Below are positions 45,824 through 54,795 of a DNA stretch of 64,000 bases, piece after piece; the first letter of the stretch is position 1, and every line of letters begins with the position of its first letter. The DNA comes from Candidatus Woesearchaeota archaeon (GTDB lineage Archaea; Nanobdellota; Nanobdellia; Woesearchaeales; 21-14-0-10-32-9). Location: the NCBI GenBank assembly GCA_047602735.1, contig JBLKOK010000001.1, positions 14,261 to 78,260 on the forward strand, in the 5' to 3' direction. The notes below the pieces were generated by a model, which did not search any database, was not told where the DNA came from, and saw only the letters and a program-made list of their open reading frames with translations. A program made the translations under genes and the position numbers.

Positions 45824-46245
45824 CCAAAATAACCTCCGTCTTGTTTGTGAATAACTGTTTTATTCCAACTATCACGCATTTCTTTGACTAAAATTATTAA
45901 ATCAGGTTTTATTTTAGTCCAACTAATTAAGAATTGGTTAATTAGATTTAAAACATTTTCTTTAGAATAATCTAATTTTACTAATAGTATATCTCTGTTT
46001 AGTTTCATTAATTCTTTGTATAGCTCTTGTATCTTAGAAAATTTGTGTGTTCTTAAAAAATTAGCTTCGTGCATAGTAGAAATGGAATCTGGCTGCATTA
46101 TGTCTTCTAATAAACCAATATAACTACTTGTTTTTGAAAACATTTTGTCTAATAAATCTCTTAAACTGCTTATTTGTTCTAAATCAAATTCTTTGTCTAA
46201 AATATCATAATCAAGTCCTAACTTTTTAAAATCTGCTTGCTTCAT
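45820..46245 (-). CDS. Hypothetical protein wedged between xpd and adk with 4-nt overlaps on both sides
   Basis: ORF only. Confidence 0.4.
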   Translation of the reverse strand: MKQADFKKLGLDYDILDKEFDLEQISSLRDLLDKMFSKTSSYIGLLEDIMQPDSISTMHEANFLRTHKFSKIQELYKELMKLNRDILLVKLDYSKENVLNLINQFLISWTKIKPDLIILVKEMRDSWNKTVIHKQDGGYFG

Positions 46246-48101
46246 TTTTGTTCACTAAAAAAATTTTTAATTAAACTAGAATATAAAACTGTTGTTCTTA
46301 CATTCCAAGTGTCAGGAAAACATCTTTGATAGTTAGGCCAAGCATAACGCTCATCTAAAAACACTATTACTCCTCTATCAGTTTCACTTCTTATACATCT
46401 ACCCGCGCTTTGAAGAGTTCTGTTAAATGCAGGAAATACATAACCATAATCCCAGCCTTTTTTGAATTTAGAATCATAATAATTTATTAGTGCTTTTGTT
46501 TCAAGATCAGGTACTTGAAGAGGAAGACCTACAACAACCACGCATTTTAAAAGATCGCCTGGAAGATCAACTCCTTCAGCAAAGCTACCACTACTTATCC
46601 CTAAAAGTACAGCCCCAGTATTTTTATAAGATTTGAATCTGTTTAAGAGGTCTTCTTTTTCTGATTTAGCAATACCTTGTCTTTCTAAAAATACAGTTTT
46701 ATCTAAATTAGTTAAGTACTTATATACTTCATCTCTTAGATAATAACTTGGAAAGAATACCGCGCTATTACCCGGAACATTATTTACAACTTCTGCTACG
46801 TGCTTAGCTATTTCTTTGTATTGAGCATCATTTCTTGAAGAATACTTCGTGCTTGTTTTTGGAATTATTATGTTTAACCTATTGTTATCTGGAAACGGGC
46901 TTTTAAGCATTAATTCCTCTGTATTAGTCATACCAAGTATTTCCCTATACATAGAAGGAGGCGTTAGTGTTCCACTCATAACAATTGTGCTGTGAGCCTT
47001 TGCTATAACATCTCTTGTTACAACACCAGGATCTAAACAAAGATACGAAAGTGTGTGTATTTCTTCTTTAAACCCTTGTTTTTTAGAAAAAACTCTAACA
47101 AAACCTTCTTCGTCTTGAATCCAAGCTTCAATAAAAGATGCTAAGCTTCCAAGATAACTACTTTTTTGCTGCTCTCTTACAATATCTGCTTTGTCATGCA
47201 AAAGTTCAACGAATTTGTTTAAAGGATAAATCATATTAATTGTGTCCATTAAGTCATTTATGTTTATGTAAGCCTCATCTTTTACCCCACGAGCATATTC
47301 TTTCATAGAATCAATTATAGCATTTATAACCCTAGGTATTATTTCATTTTCAAAATTAGCAGCTTCACTTAAAGCTCTTCTAAGACCAATATTGGTTAGA
47401 CGATCACTCGCTAAATCTTTAACTCTTGAAGGAAGATTGTGAGCTTCATCAACAATTATTATACAATCTTGTAAATCTTTGTTTAATTTTGCTAAAAAAC
47501 TATCTCTTATACTTGGATTAAATAAATAAAAGTAATCAGTTACAATGACCTTAGATTCTTTTCCAACAATTAAACTTATTTCATAAGGACAAACACCTTG
47601 TTCTTGTCCAGCTAATAGCGCATCATTTGTAGAAGCAGGGCTTTTATCTTTTAGTTTATCAACAGCAAGCTTTGCATTAAAACTCATACTATCTCCTTTT
47701 TTTAGATTAGAATAAAAACTACACTTACCATCTTCTCTTAACGTTTTACAATACTCTATGAAGTCCCTGTTAGATATTTCTTGGACACCTGGCTGTAAGC
47801 ATAAATGTTTTTTTCCAATTATATCAACACCTACAACTTTTACTTTATGCTTTTTTTTTATATCCCTTAGAGTGTCTAAGGCTAAGTCGTGTTGAGTGTG
47901 CATACTTGTTAAGAAAAATATTGTTTTTTTAGTGTCAATGACATTACTTAAAGTAGCAGCAAGGCTCGCACTTGTTTTTCCAAGACCTGTAGGAGCGTGA
48001 ACTACTAGGTTAGAAGAGTTTTTTACAGCCTTGTCAATAGCCTCAATTAATAAGTCTTGCATCGGACGAACAGAGTCATATGGAAATAAAGAAACCATCA
48101 T
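46242..48101 (-). CDS. xpd: XPD/Rad3-family 5'-3' DNA helicase (Fe-S cluster domain)
   Basis: HAPTGLGKT, four cysteines (KHLCLQPG, YCKTL, GKCSFY, GVCPYE), DEAHN, and QSAGRCIR. Confidence 0.85.
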   Translation of the reverse strand: MMVSLFPYDSVRPMQDLLIEAIDKAVKNSSNLVVHAPTGLGKTSASLAATLSNVIDTKKTIFFLTSMHTQHDLALDTLRDIKKKHKVKVVGVDIIGKKHLCLQPGVQEISNRDFIEYCKTLREDGKCSFYSNLKKGDSMSFNAKLAVDKLKDKSPASTNDALLAGQEQGVCPYEISLIVGKESKVIVTDYFYLFNPSIRDSFLAKLNKDLQDCIIIVDEAHNLPSRVKDLASDRLTNIGLRRALSEAANFENEIIPRVINAIIDSMKEYARGVKDEAYININDLMDTINMIYPLNKFVELLHDKADIVREQQKSSYLGSLASFIEAWIQDEEGFVRVFSKKQGFKEEIHTLSYLCLDPGVVTRDVIAKAHSTIVMSGTLTPPSMYREILGMTNTEELMLKSPFPDNNRLNIIIPKTSTKYSSRNDAQYKEIAKHVAEVVNNVPGNSAVFFPSYYLRDEVYKYLTNLDKTVFLERQGIAKSEKEDLLNRFKSYKNTGAVLLGISSGSFAEGVDLPGDLLKCVVVVGLPLQVPDLETKALINYYDSKFKKGWDYGYVFPAFNRTLQSAGRCIRSETDRGVIVFLDERYAWPNYQRCFPDTWNVRTTVLYSSLIKNFFSEQK

Positions 48102-48152
48102 AAAAATAAAAAATTAATACTTGTTTAAAATGATTTGTATAGTAAAACCCCT

Positions 48153-48800
48153 TTATTTTTTAAAAAAAGAATTAATTTTTTCAGTTAGCTTATCAAAAAA
48201 TCCTTGAGTATCCCCTGATACCTTTTCAATTTCTTTACTATACTCTCTTAATAATATATTCATATTTTTGACTTTAGAACCATAACCATTAAAATAAACC
48301 ATTGTTTGAAGATTTGGTTCTTTGTCCATTTGAGGATTCTCATCACTGTAACCAATAGGTATTATTGCTTGAGGTCTCACATTATCAGGTATACCCAATA
48401 ATACTTTTATCTTGTTTTCATCAAAACTTCCAACCCAACAAGAAGACAAACCCATACTATGAGCAGATAATAATATGTTTTGAATTGCAGCAGCACTATT
48501 TTGAACAGAATATAATCTTTCACCTCTTTCTTTATAAAGCTCTTTTGTTTGACCAAAATCACTAAGAACCATTATGAACATAGGAGCCTTAGCCATCCAA
48601 TATTGATGCTGTGAATTTTCAGCAATTTGCTTAATTAAAGCTTTATCAGTTACTACCAAGAATTTAAAATCTTTAAGATCTCCTGCACTAGGAGCATGAG
48701 CTGCAGCTTCTAAGATCATTGTTAGCTTTTCAAATTCAACAGGTTTTGAGTTAAAATCCCTAACACTCCTCCTGTTTAATATCGCGTTTTGAACATCCAT
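48153..48800 (-). CDS. Nitroreductase-family protein
   Basis: ILNRRSVRDF, HAPSAGD, and overall length/pattern. Confidence 0.8.
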   Translation of the reverse strand: MDVQNAILNRRSVRDFNSKPVEFEKLTMILEAAAHAPSAGDLKDFKFLVVTDKALIKQIAENSQHQYWMAKAPMFIMVLSDFGQTKELYKERGERLYSVQNSAAAIQNILLSAHSMGLSSCWVGSFDENKIKVLLGIPDNVRPQAIIPIGYSDENPQMDKEPNLQTMVYFNGYGSKVKNMNILLREYSKEIEKVSGDTQGFFDKLTEKINSFFKK

Positions 48801-48837
48801 AATTATTATTAGTTACAAAGAACTATTATATATTTTA

Positions 48838-49143
48838 TTATTTTAATAACTTAGTTCCACAAAGATGACAAAAATTACTATTAGAGTAATGTTTAGCTCC
48901 ACATACATGACATCTTATAATAGTTTTATCTTGAACAACTTTAGGTTTTTCTTGTTTTATTGGTTCCTCTTTATCTTTTAAAACAAATTTTAAGATTAAT
49001 TTAAACACACCATATATTATAAACCCAATACCTATGTAAAAAAATAAGATTATACCATTATTTTCAGTTCTTTGATTGACAAAACTAGAAAAAAAACTAA
49101 TAGCACCCCCTAAAATTATGTATACTAAGCTTGGAATCTTCAT
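48838..49143 (-). CDS. Membrane protein with C-terminal zinc ribbon
   Basis: Two TM helices followed by CHVCG...CHLCG. Confidence 0.5.
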   Translation of the reverse strand: MKIPSLVYIILGGAISFFSSFVNQRTENNGIILFFYIGIGFIIYGVFKLILKFVLKDKEEPIKQEKPKVVQDKTIIRCHVCGAKHYSNSNFCHLCGTKLLK

Positions 49144-50408
49144 ATTTTTTTCATACCATACATATAAGGCCTTAAAACTTTAGGTATAGTTAAAGACCCA
49201 TCTTCGTTTTGATAATTCTCTAAAATAGCCACCATTATCCTACTTGTCGCAATAGCAGTACTGTTTAATGTGTGAACTAATAAATTTTTATCTTTATCTT
49301 TAAACTTAATATTTGCTCTTCTAGCTTGATAATCAGTATAGTTTGAATTACTACATGTTTCTTTGTATTGCTGTTGTCTTGGCATCCAAGTTTCAATATC
49401 ATATTTTTTTGCCGCGAAATTTCCAAGATCCCCCGTACAAATATTTACAACCCTGTAAGGCAATCCTAATTTTTTATGAAGCTCCTCAGCGTTCTTTTGA
49501 AGTTCTTCATGCAACTTATATGATTCTTCAGGTTTACATAATATTACTTGTTCTACTTTGTTAAACTGATGAGTTCTAAAAAGACCTTTAGTATCAATCC
49601 CATGACTCCCTATCTCTCTTCTAAAACACATAGAATAACTACAAATCTTTATTGGAAGTTGATCTGCCTCAAATAATTCGTCTTTGAACTGAGCAAGTAA
49701 AGGATGCTCAGAGGTAGCTATTAAATATTTATCTTCACCTTCGATCTTATACATTACGTCCTCAAAATCTTCAAGACTGACACCAGTTTCATACGCATCT
49801 TTATTTAACATATAAGGAACCTCAGTGTAATTATATCCTTTTGATACTAATGAATCTACTGCAAGCCTTATAAGTGCTTGATTTAGTAAAGCTAGCTTTC
49901 CTTTTAATATATAAAAACCTGATCCAGATATTTTAGCTGATCTTTCAAAATCTGCTACATTCAAACTTTCAGCTAACTCACTATGCGGTTTTAATTCAAA
50001 ATCTTTTTTTACAGGTTCACCCCAAGTTCTTATAGATACATTTTCAGAATCATCCTTACCATAAGGAACAGACTCGTGCATTAAGTTTGGAAGTGATTTT
50101 AATATTAAATCTATTTCTTGCTCTAATTGTTTTCTTTTTTCTTCAGATTCTTTTATTTTAACAGGAATATTTTTTACTTGAGCTAATACTTTAGAAGCAT
50201 CCTTTTTTTGTTTTTTTAACTCAGCTACTTGTTTACTTAGAGTGTTTCTTTGACTTCTTAGCTGATCTTCTTCATGCTTTAATTTTCTCCAATCAAGATC
50301 TAATTTTACTACTTTTTTTACAGATTTAATTTTTTCAGTATCTTTTCTTTTTTCTAAATCTTTTATTAGTACATCCGGATTTTCCCTTATTAATTTAATG
50401 TCTTGCAT
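49140..50408 (-). CDS. serS: Seryl-tRNA synthetase
   Basis: MQDIKLIRENPD start, N-terminal coiled-coil arm, class II motifs FRREIG and GDLG..AAKKYDIE.W. The start is trimmed to 50408 from the listed 50453. Confidence 0.92.
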   Translation of the reverse strand: MQDIKLIRENPDVLIKDLEKRKDTEKIKSVKKVVKLDLDWRKLKHEEDQLRSQRNTLSKQVAELKKQKKDASKVLAQVKNIPVKIKESEEKRKQLEQEIDLILKSLPNLMHESVPYGKDDSENVSIRTWGEPVKKDFELKPHSELAESLNVADFERSAKISGSGFYILKGKLALLNQALIRLAVDSLVSKGYNYTEVPYMLNKDAYETGVSLEDFEDVMYKIEGEDKYLIATSEHPLLAQFKDELFEADQLPIKICSYSMCFRREIGSHGIDTKGLFRTHQFNKVEQVILCKPEESYKLHEELQKNAEELHKKLGLPYRVVNICTGDLGNFAAKKYDIETWMPRQQQYKETCSNSNYTDYQARRANIKFKDKDKNLLVHTLNSTAIATSRIMVAILENYQNEDGSLTIPKVLRPYMYGMKKI

Positions 50409-50721
50409 GAAGTTTATTAAACATATCTTTAATAAAAAGGTTTTGGTGAGCAAATTAATTACAATATAGAAAATAAATAAGGGTGTCTCGACTCAAAAAT
50501 TAGAAATATTTATATAGTAGTTATACTTTATTAATATATTAGTCGTTTTGGTGAGTTAAGCTGAGAAATTATATATATACAAACAAACTTTTTTCTAGAA
50601 CCCAATCAAACAGGTTCAACAACTTTAGGCTTAAGACGCAAACAAAAACGCAACCAACATCTTTTCAATGCAAAAGTAATTACGTTGCAGCCTAAAAAAA
50701 CTATTTTTTTTATTTCTTTTT

Positions 50722-52659
50722 TTAAACTAATTTTATGAAACTAGAATTTATGCTATTTATTAGCAATTTCAATCTATCAAACAAAGATAAGTTAACATAA
50801 GAAAAATCTAAAGACTTAGAAACCTCATAAGTTTCCCCATGTATATCTTGATAAGTAATAATTATTTGCATGTCCTTATTTGATAGCTTAAAATATTCTT
50901 TAGGTATTACTATGTTTGATTCAGACTTCGTGCTTAAAGTTTCTATATAATAAGATTTTCTAAACAAATCATTTCTAATAACTACATCCACATTTAACGG
51001 ATTAGAAGAACTATCTTTAATTAATATCATGTTAAACCCTTGATCTTTGTACTCAGACACATAGTTAAAACCTTCAAGCACAATTGATAAAGAAGGCCTA
51101 TCTATTATGTTTACAGGAATGAAATTAACAAAAGAACCCTCCGCGCCATTATAAGATACAACTAAGGTAGTGTAACCAACAGATAAATTTATAGGTATTT
51201 CAATAGTAGAACTACCACTAGCTAACTCATAATTTTGACAATTGTTTTCAATACAAATATTTGCTAAATCTTCAAAATCTAAATGTACTTCACAAATAAT
51301 TTTACTTTCATAACCAACATAACCAGTTGATAATAACTCACAGCTAAAATCAACAACTTCAGATTCTTGTTGTTCTAAGTCAAGAGTTCTTATATAAGCA
51401 TTTGAAATAGTTTTACCTGTACTAGAAACTGTGAATACTTCTCTTTTTTGCTCACCCATATTAGAATAAACAACAACAGGAAAACTATACAAAAAATTAG
51501 AATCTAGCCTACTTACATAAACAACCCACTGAATCTGTTTTGATTCATAAGGACCCAATAATAAATCAAATCTTTCTTCAGACAAAATACTTAACTCATC
51601 AACCGTAGCAATATTATAAGACCTCGCGACATAATAATTATTTAGATTAGTTATATTAGCCCTTACAACATTATAAGAATCAAAACTTATACTGTCTTCT
51701 TCAAATACTACGTTAATTAAAACATCATCTTGCTTATCTTCACCAATTTGTAATAGTTCACTTGAAATAGATAGTGCTCCAGGATTAACCTCAACATTTC
51801 TAGCAGACCAAGTAAAAGTATTTGGATACTTACTACTGTCAACCCCATGATTGAACTTTATGTGAGTAGCATCAACAAAACCTAACTGATTATACGTAGG
51901 ATCAAAAGGAATCCAACCATAACCCGGGAAATACACTTCAGCCCAACCATGCGCACCCCAATTTTCATCAAATAAAACAGAATCAGTATAAGCCATACCA
52001 GAAACAAACCTTGCAGGAATACCAAGACTTCTAAGCATAGATATAAACAAATTACTAAGCTCTACACAAACACCTTCCCTATTTTCAAATACCCAGCTAC
52101 TAGGAAGAGAAGCCTCAGCTGTTAAGGTGCTGAGATTATATTCAATATTTTTATTAACCCACACACCGATATCAAAAACTACTTGATACAAATCATCTTG
52201 ACCCTCAGCTAGCATAAAAGCCTTGTTTCTTATATCATCATTTATGTCAATTAACTCAGTTTGATCAAGATAGGTAACTAAGCTTTGATTTAAGTTTCTT
52301 ATAGGAAACTCAACTTTTCTATCAACCCTTACAGGCTCAAGCGTAGAATTAGTTATAGTTACAACTTCAATCGTAAAATCTTCTGGTTCATTTATTCTTA
52401 TTGTGTATTTGTCTTCACTTAAAATTCCTTGCTGACTTAAAAATAATTCATTTACTTCTTGCCTATAATCACTCTTAGGTATCCAAGAAAATTCAACCTC
52501 TAAATAATCAAATCTGTAGTTTTGTCTTAGATCAAACTCAACAGGATTTGTTATAGTCGTCTCAACAACTGCCCACTGCTTTGTTTGAAGAGGCTGAGCA
52601 GATACAAAACCTATAGCTAAAACGACTATTAATAATACTAATAACCTCTTCATACACAT
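50722..52659 (-). CDS. Secreted transglutaminase-like (papain-fold) domain protein with beta-rich C-terminal modules
   Basis: Signal peptide MKRLLVLLIVVLAIGFVSA. Core EGVCVELSNLFISMLRSLGIPARFVSG...HGWAEVYFPGYGWIPFDPT gives a Cys-His-Asp arrangement. Confidence 0.75.
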   Translation of the reverse strand: MCMKRLLVLLIVVLAIGFVSAQPLQTKQWAVVETTITNPVEFDLRQNYRFDYLEVEFSWIPKSDYRQEVNELFLSQQGILSEDKYTIRINEPEDFTIEVVTITNSTLEPVRVDRKVEFPIRNLNQSLVTYLDQTELIDINDDIRNKAFMLAEGQDDLYQVVFDIGVWVNKNIEYNLSTLTAEASLPSSWVFENREGVCVELSNLFISMLRSLGIPARFVSGMAYTDSVLFDENWGAHGWAEVYFPGYGWIPFDPTYNQLGFVDATHIKFNHGVDSSKYPNTFTWSARNVEVNPGALSISSELLQIGEDKQDDVLINVVFEEDSISFDSYNVVRANITNLNNYYVARSYNIATVDELSILSEERFDLLLGPYESKQIQWVVYVSRLDSNFLYSFPVVVYSNMGEQKREVFTVSSTGKTISNAYIRTLDLEQQESEVVDFSCELLSTGYVGYESKIICEVHLDFEDLANICIENNCQNYELASGSSTIEIPINLSVGYTTLVVSYNGAEGSFVNFIPVNIIDRPSLSIVLEGFNYVSEYKDQGFNMILIKDSSSNPLNVDVVIRNDLFRKSYYIETLSTKSESNIVIPKEYFKLSNKDMQIIITYQDIHGETYEVSKSLDFSYVNLSLFDRLKLLINSINSSFIKLV

Positions 52660-52730
52660 AAAAATGCACTAACCTATATAAAACATTTTTGAAAACCTTT
52701 ATAAAAAAAATATGTATCCCTATAATATAT

Positions 52731-52854
52731 GCCCAGGTCGCATAGTCTGGTATTGCGCAGGATTGCTAAGAACTACATAGTCCTTATGAAAACCTACAAT
52801 ACCCGCAAACATCCTGTCCCTTTGGGATCGTGGGTTCAAATCCCACCCTGGGCG
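52731..52854 (+). tRNA. tRNA-Ser (anticodon GCU) with a ~42-nt intron at the canonical 37/38 position
   Basis: Acceptor GCCCAGG/CCTGGGC. Anticodon stem CAGGA/TCCTG (52758-62 / 52812-16) with loop TTGCTA. Anticodon at 52765-67, intron about 52769..52810. Long variable arm TCCCTTTGGGATC (class II), T-arm GTGGG-TTCAAAT-CCCAC, discriminator G, no encoded CCA. Confidence 0.85.
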
Positions 52855-52856
52855 TC
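52844..52856 (+). repeat. Direct repeat copy 1: CACCCTGGGCGTC (last 11 nt of tRNA-Ser plus 2 nt)
   Basis: Identical 13-mer recurs at 57719..57731. Confidence 0.8.
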
Positions 52857-52863
52857 TTTTTTT
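52857..52863 (+). terminator. Oligo-T tract directly after tRNA-Ser
   Basis: A run of seven T starts 3 nt after the discriminator base. Archaeal RNA polymerase terminates at oligo-T. Confidence 0.4.
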
Positions 52864-52874
52864 CTATAATGTTT

Positions 52875-52885
52875 TGGGCGTCTTT
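52875..52885 (+). repeat. Partial extra copy TGGGCGTCTTT of the tRNA-Ser 3' end/trailer
   Basis: Identical 11-mer at 52849..52859, 26 nt upstream. Confidence 0.6.
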
Positions 52886-53279
52886 ACCTAGACAAATACT
52901 TCGTCATCATATCTTTTATATCTTCAAATTCTAGTCTTGATAAGAAATCTTCTTTGTTTAGCCAAACATAATCTATATGTTCATCAGATATATTCATATT
53001 GGAACCATGAACTTTGACGTGATAATAGTGAATAGTCCTTGTTTTTTGCTTATTTGTTTTTTTACTAATAAAACTAAATGTAATTTCCCCAATTTTTTTA
53101 TGAATAGAACTTTTATCAATACCTGTTTCTTCCAACAACTCTCTATTAATAGTTTGATCATGAGTTTCGCCAGGCTCTATATGTCCTTTACAAGGTTCCC
53201 ATACCCCTGTATCTTTTCTTTTAAGCAACAAAAACTTATTTTCACTCTCAACTAAAAGCCCTACTCCATCTTCTCCCAT
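52884..53279 (-). CDS. Nudix hydrolase
   Basis: Nudix box GHIEPGETHDQTINRELLEETGI. Confidence 0.8.
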   Translation of the reverse strand: MGEDGVGLLVESENKFLLLKRKDTGVWEPCKGHIEPGETHDQTINRELLEETGIDKSSIHKKIGEITFSFISKKTNKQKTRTIHYYHVKVHGSNMNISDEHIDYVWLNKEDFLSRLEFEDIKDMMTKYLSR

Positions 53280-54001
53280 TCTTTTAACCTCTTATATACA
53301 TACTTAACTTCTAAAAAAATATGTTCAGTGTTATTAAAATTTTCTTCGATTGTAATTATAAAATCTTTTTTTCTTGGAAATTTTTCGAGCATTTCAGTCA
53401 AAGCAATACCATTTTTTTGCTCTAAAAAAAATTGCAGGTGATGAACCCCATCAATAATATTACTAAGATGTATATGATTTATATGGTTTTTTAATTTTGA
53501 AGTGAGTAAATTAAATTCATCTCTACCAAAATGATAAGCATGACTTGTGTCTAAAGTCATATTTAACAAATTATTTTTTTTAAAAACGTCGATTATTTTT
53601 TCTCCATTCCAATCCCCAGTTAAAGTATTCTCAATTGTAAAAGGATAATTAAATTTTTTTAACAACTCAACACTTTCAACGTTATATAAATGCCAAACAA
53701 CATGTTTAGCTTTCACAAGTTCAGCAAAAGAAATTATTCTTTTAAATAATAATTCATAGTTTTCTTTTGTGACAAAAAATTTTTTGAACGGAGCATGAAC
53801 AATATTAGATCTGAAAGATTGTAAAAAATTTATGTGATCTTTATCTTCTTCTATTTCAGTCATTTCACTTTGATTTGCCATACATAGTTCAAGACCATCA
53901 AGATATTTACGAAGTCCTGAATTATCAATAAGAATTCTTTGATCTTTTAATGTCATTCTTAATTTGTAAAACGTACCAGTTCCTAAAAATAATTTATTCA
54001 T
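53261..54001 (-). CDS. Xylose-isomerase-like TIM-barrel protein (sugar phosphate isomerase/epimerase or AP-endonuclease-2 superfamily)
   Basis: HVVWHLYN, TLDTSHAYHFG and INHIHLSN are spaced as in this fold. Confidence 0.55.
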   Translation of the reverse strand: MNKLFLGTGTFYKLRMTLKDQRILIDNSGLRKYLDGLELCMANQSEMTEIEEDKDHINFLQSFRSNIVHAPFKKFFVTKENYELLFKRIISFAELVKAKHVVWHLYNVESVELLKKFNYPFTIENTLTGDWNGEKIIDVFKKNNLLNMTLDTSHAYHFGRDEFNLLTSKLKNHINHIHLSNIIDGVHHLQFFLEQKNGIALTEMLEKFPRKKDFIITIEENFNNTEHIFLEVKYVYKRLKEWEKME

Positions 54002-54795
54002 CTAACTAACCTCTCAAATCTTTTTGCTTCTTCTTTGTAAAGACACTTTTTAATATCAGGTCTTATTTTTTCTAATCTAACTAATGTATTCATCACAGAC
54101 GCCTTTTTTTGATTAAAATCTTTTCCATGTTCGTAAAGCAATCTTTTTGCTAAATCTACTCCTAATCTATCAATAGAAGGTTCGATAAACCCATCCTTGT
54201 CAAAAAGTATTACTGGTTTACTCATTAATTTATTATGAGGAGAACCCGAATAATAAGTATCATTTATAATTCTACAAGTTTCCATAGGTACTTTAAAACC
54301 CCCTTCAATTATTTCATTTTCAACGTGAACCGCCATAGAACTTCCTTCAAAATTCTTAAAGCGATAAATATATTCTTTTGGAACCTTTCTAAATGAATAT
54401 AGAGTTTGAGGTGTTATTCCATTAGCAAATTTATCAACAAAAATATCTGGAGTCATAAAATGAACAGTAATCAAATTATGTTCACCATCAACTGTTTCAT
54501 GTCTAGTGCTCATAAGATTTGTTTGATCAGTCATCATGTAGTTTATTGCTTTTTTTGCATCAACATTATATCCTTCAAAAATAGGACTTTCTAAAACAGA
54601 CTTAATGTCTTCTGGTTGACAAAAAACCATAGTATCAAGGTCTGTTCCCTCTCTAATAGCATAATTCATACTATGAGCTGTTGTACCTACAATTATTGAT
54701 GCTCTTGAATGTGGCTCAACACTTTTAATAAATTTTTCTGTTAATTTTTCTAAACTTTTTTGTCTTTTGTCATTATTTACAAATTTTTTTATCAT
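53998..54795 (-). CDS. Hypothetical protein, probable nucleotidyltransferase fold
   Basis: IIVGTTAHSMNYAIREGTDLDTMVF resembles G[ST]-x(9-12)-DxD. This is weak evidence. Confidence 0.4.
   Translation of the reverse strand: MIKKFVNNDKRQKSLEKLTEKFIKSVEPHSRASIIVGTTAHSMNYAIREGTDLDTMVFCQPEDIKSVLESPIFEGYNVDAKKAINYMMTDQTNLMSTRHETVDGEHNLITVHFMTPDIFVDKFANGITPQTLYSFRKVPKEYIYRFKNFEGSSMAVHVENEIIEGGFKVPMETCRIINDTYYSGSPHNKLMSKPVILFDKDGFIEPSIDRLGVDLAKRLLYEHGKDFNQKKASVMNTLVRLEKIRPDIKKCLYKEEAKRFERLVR

Noticed and set aside
50409-50453. 15-codon N-terminal extension of seryl-tRNA synthetase
   Set aside because: SerRS proteins start at the M(L/Q)DIKLIRENP motif. The extension would remove the promoter space.
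50454-50721. Longest fully non-coding gap inspected for an ncRNA (SRP RNA, RNase P, C/D box sRNA)
   Set aside because: There is no GC-rich structured segment like those at the two tRNA loci and no convincing C (RUGAUGA) / D (CUGA) box pair. Only an 11-bp repeat and a weak terminator-like hairpin were seen, and these are reported separately at low interest.
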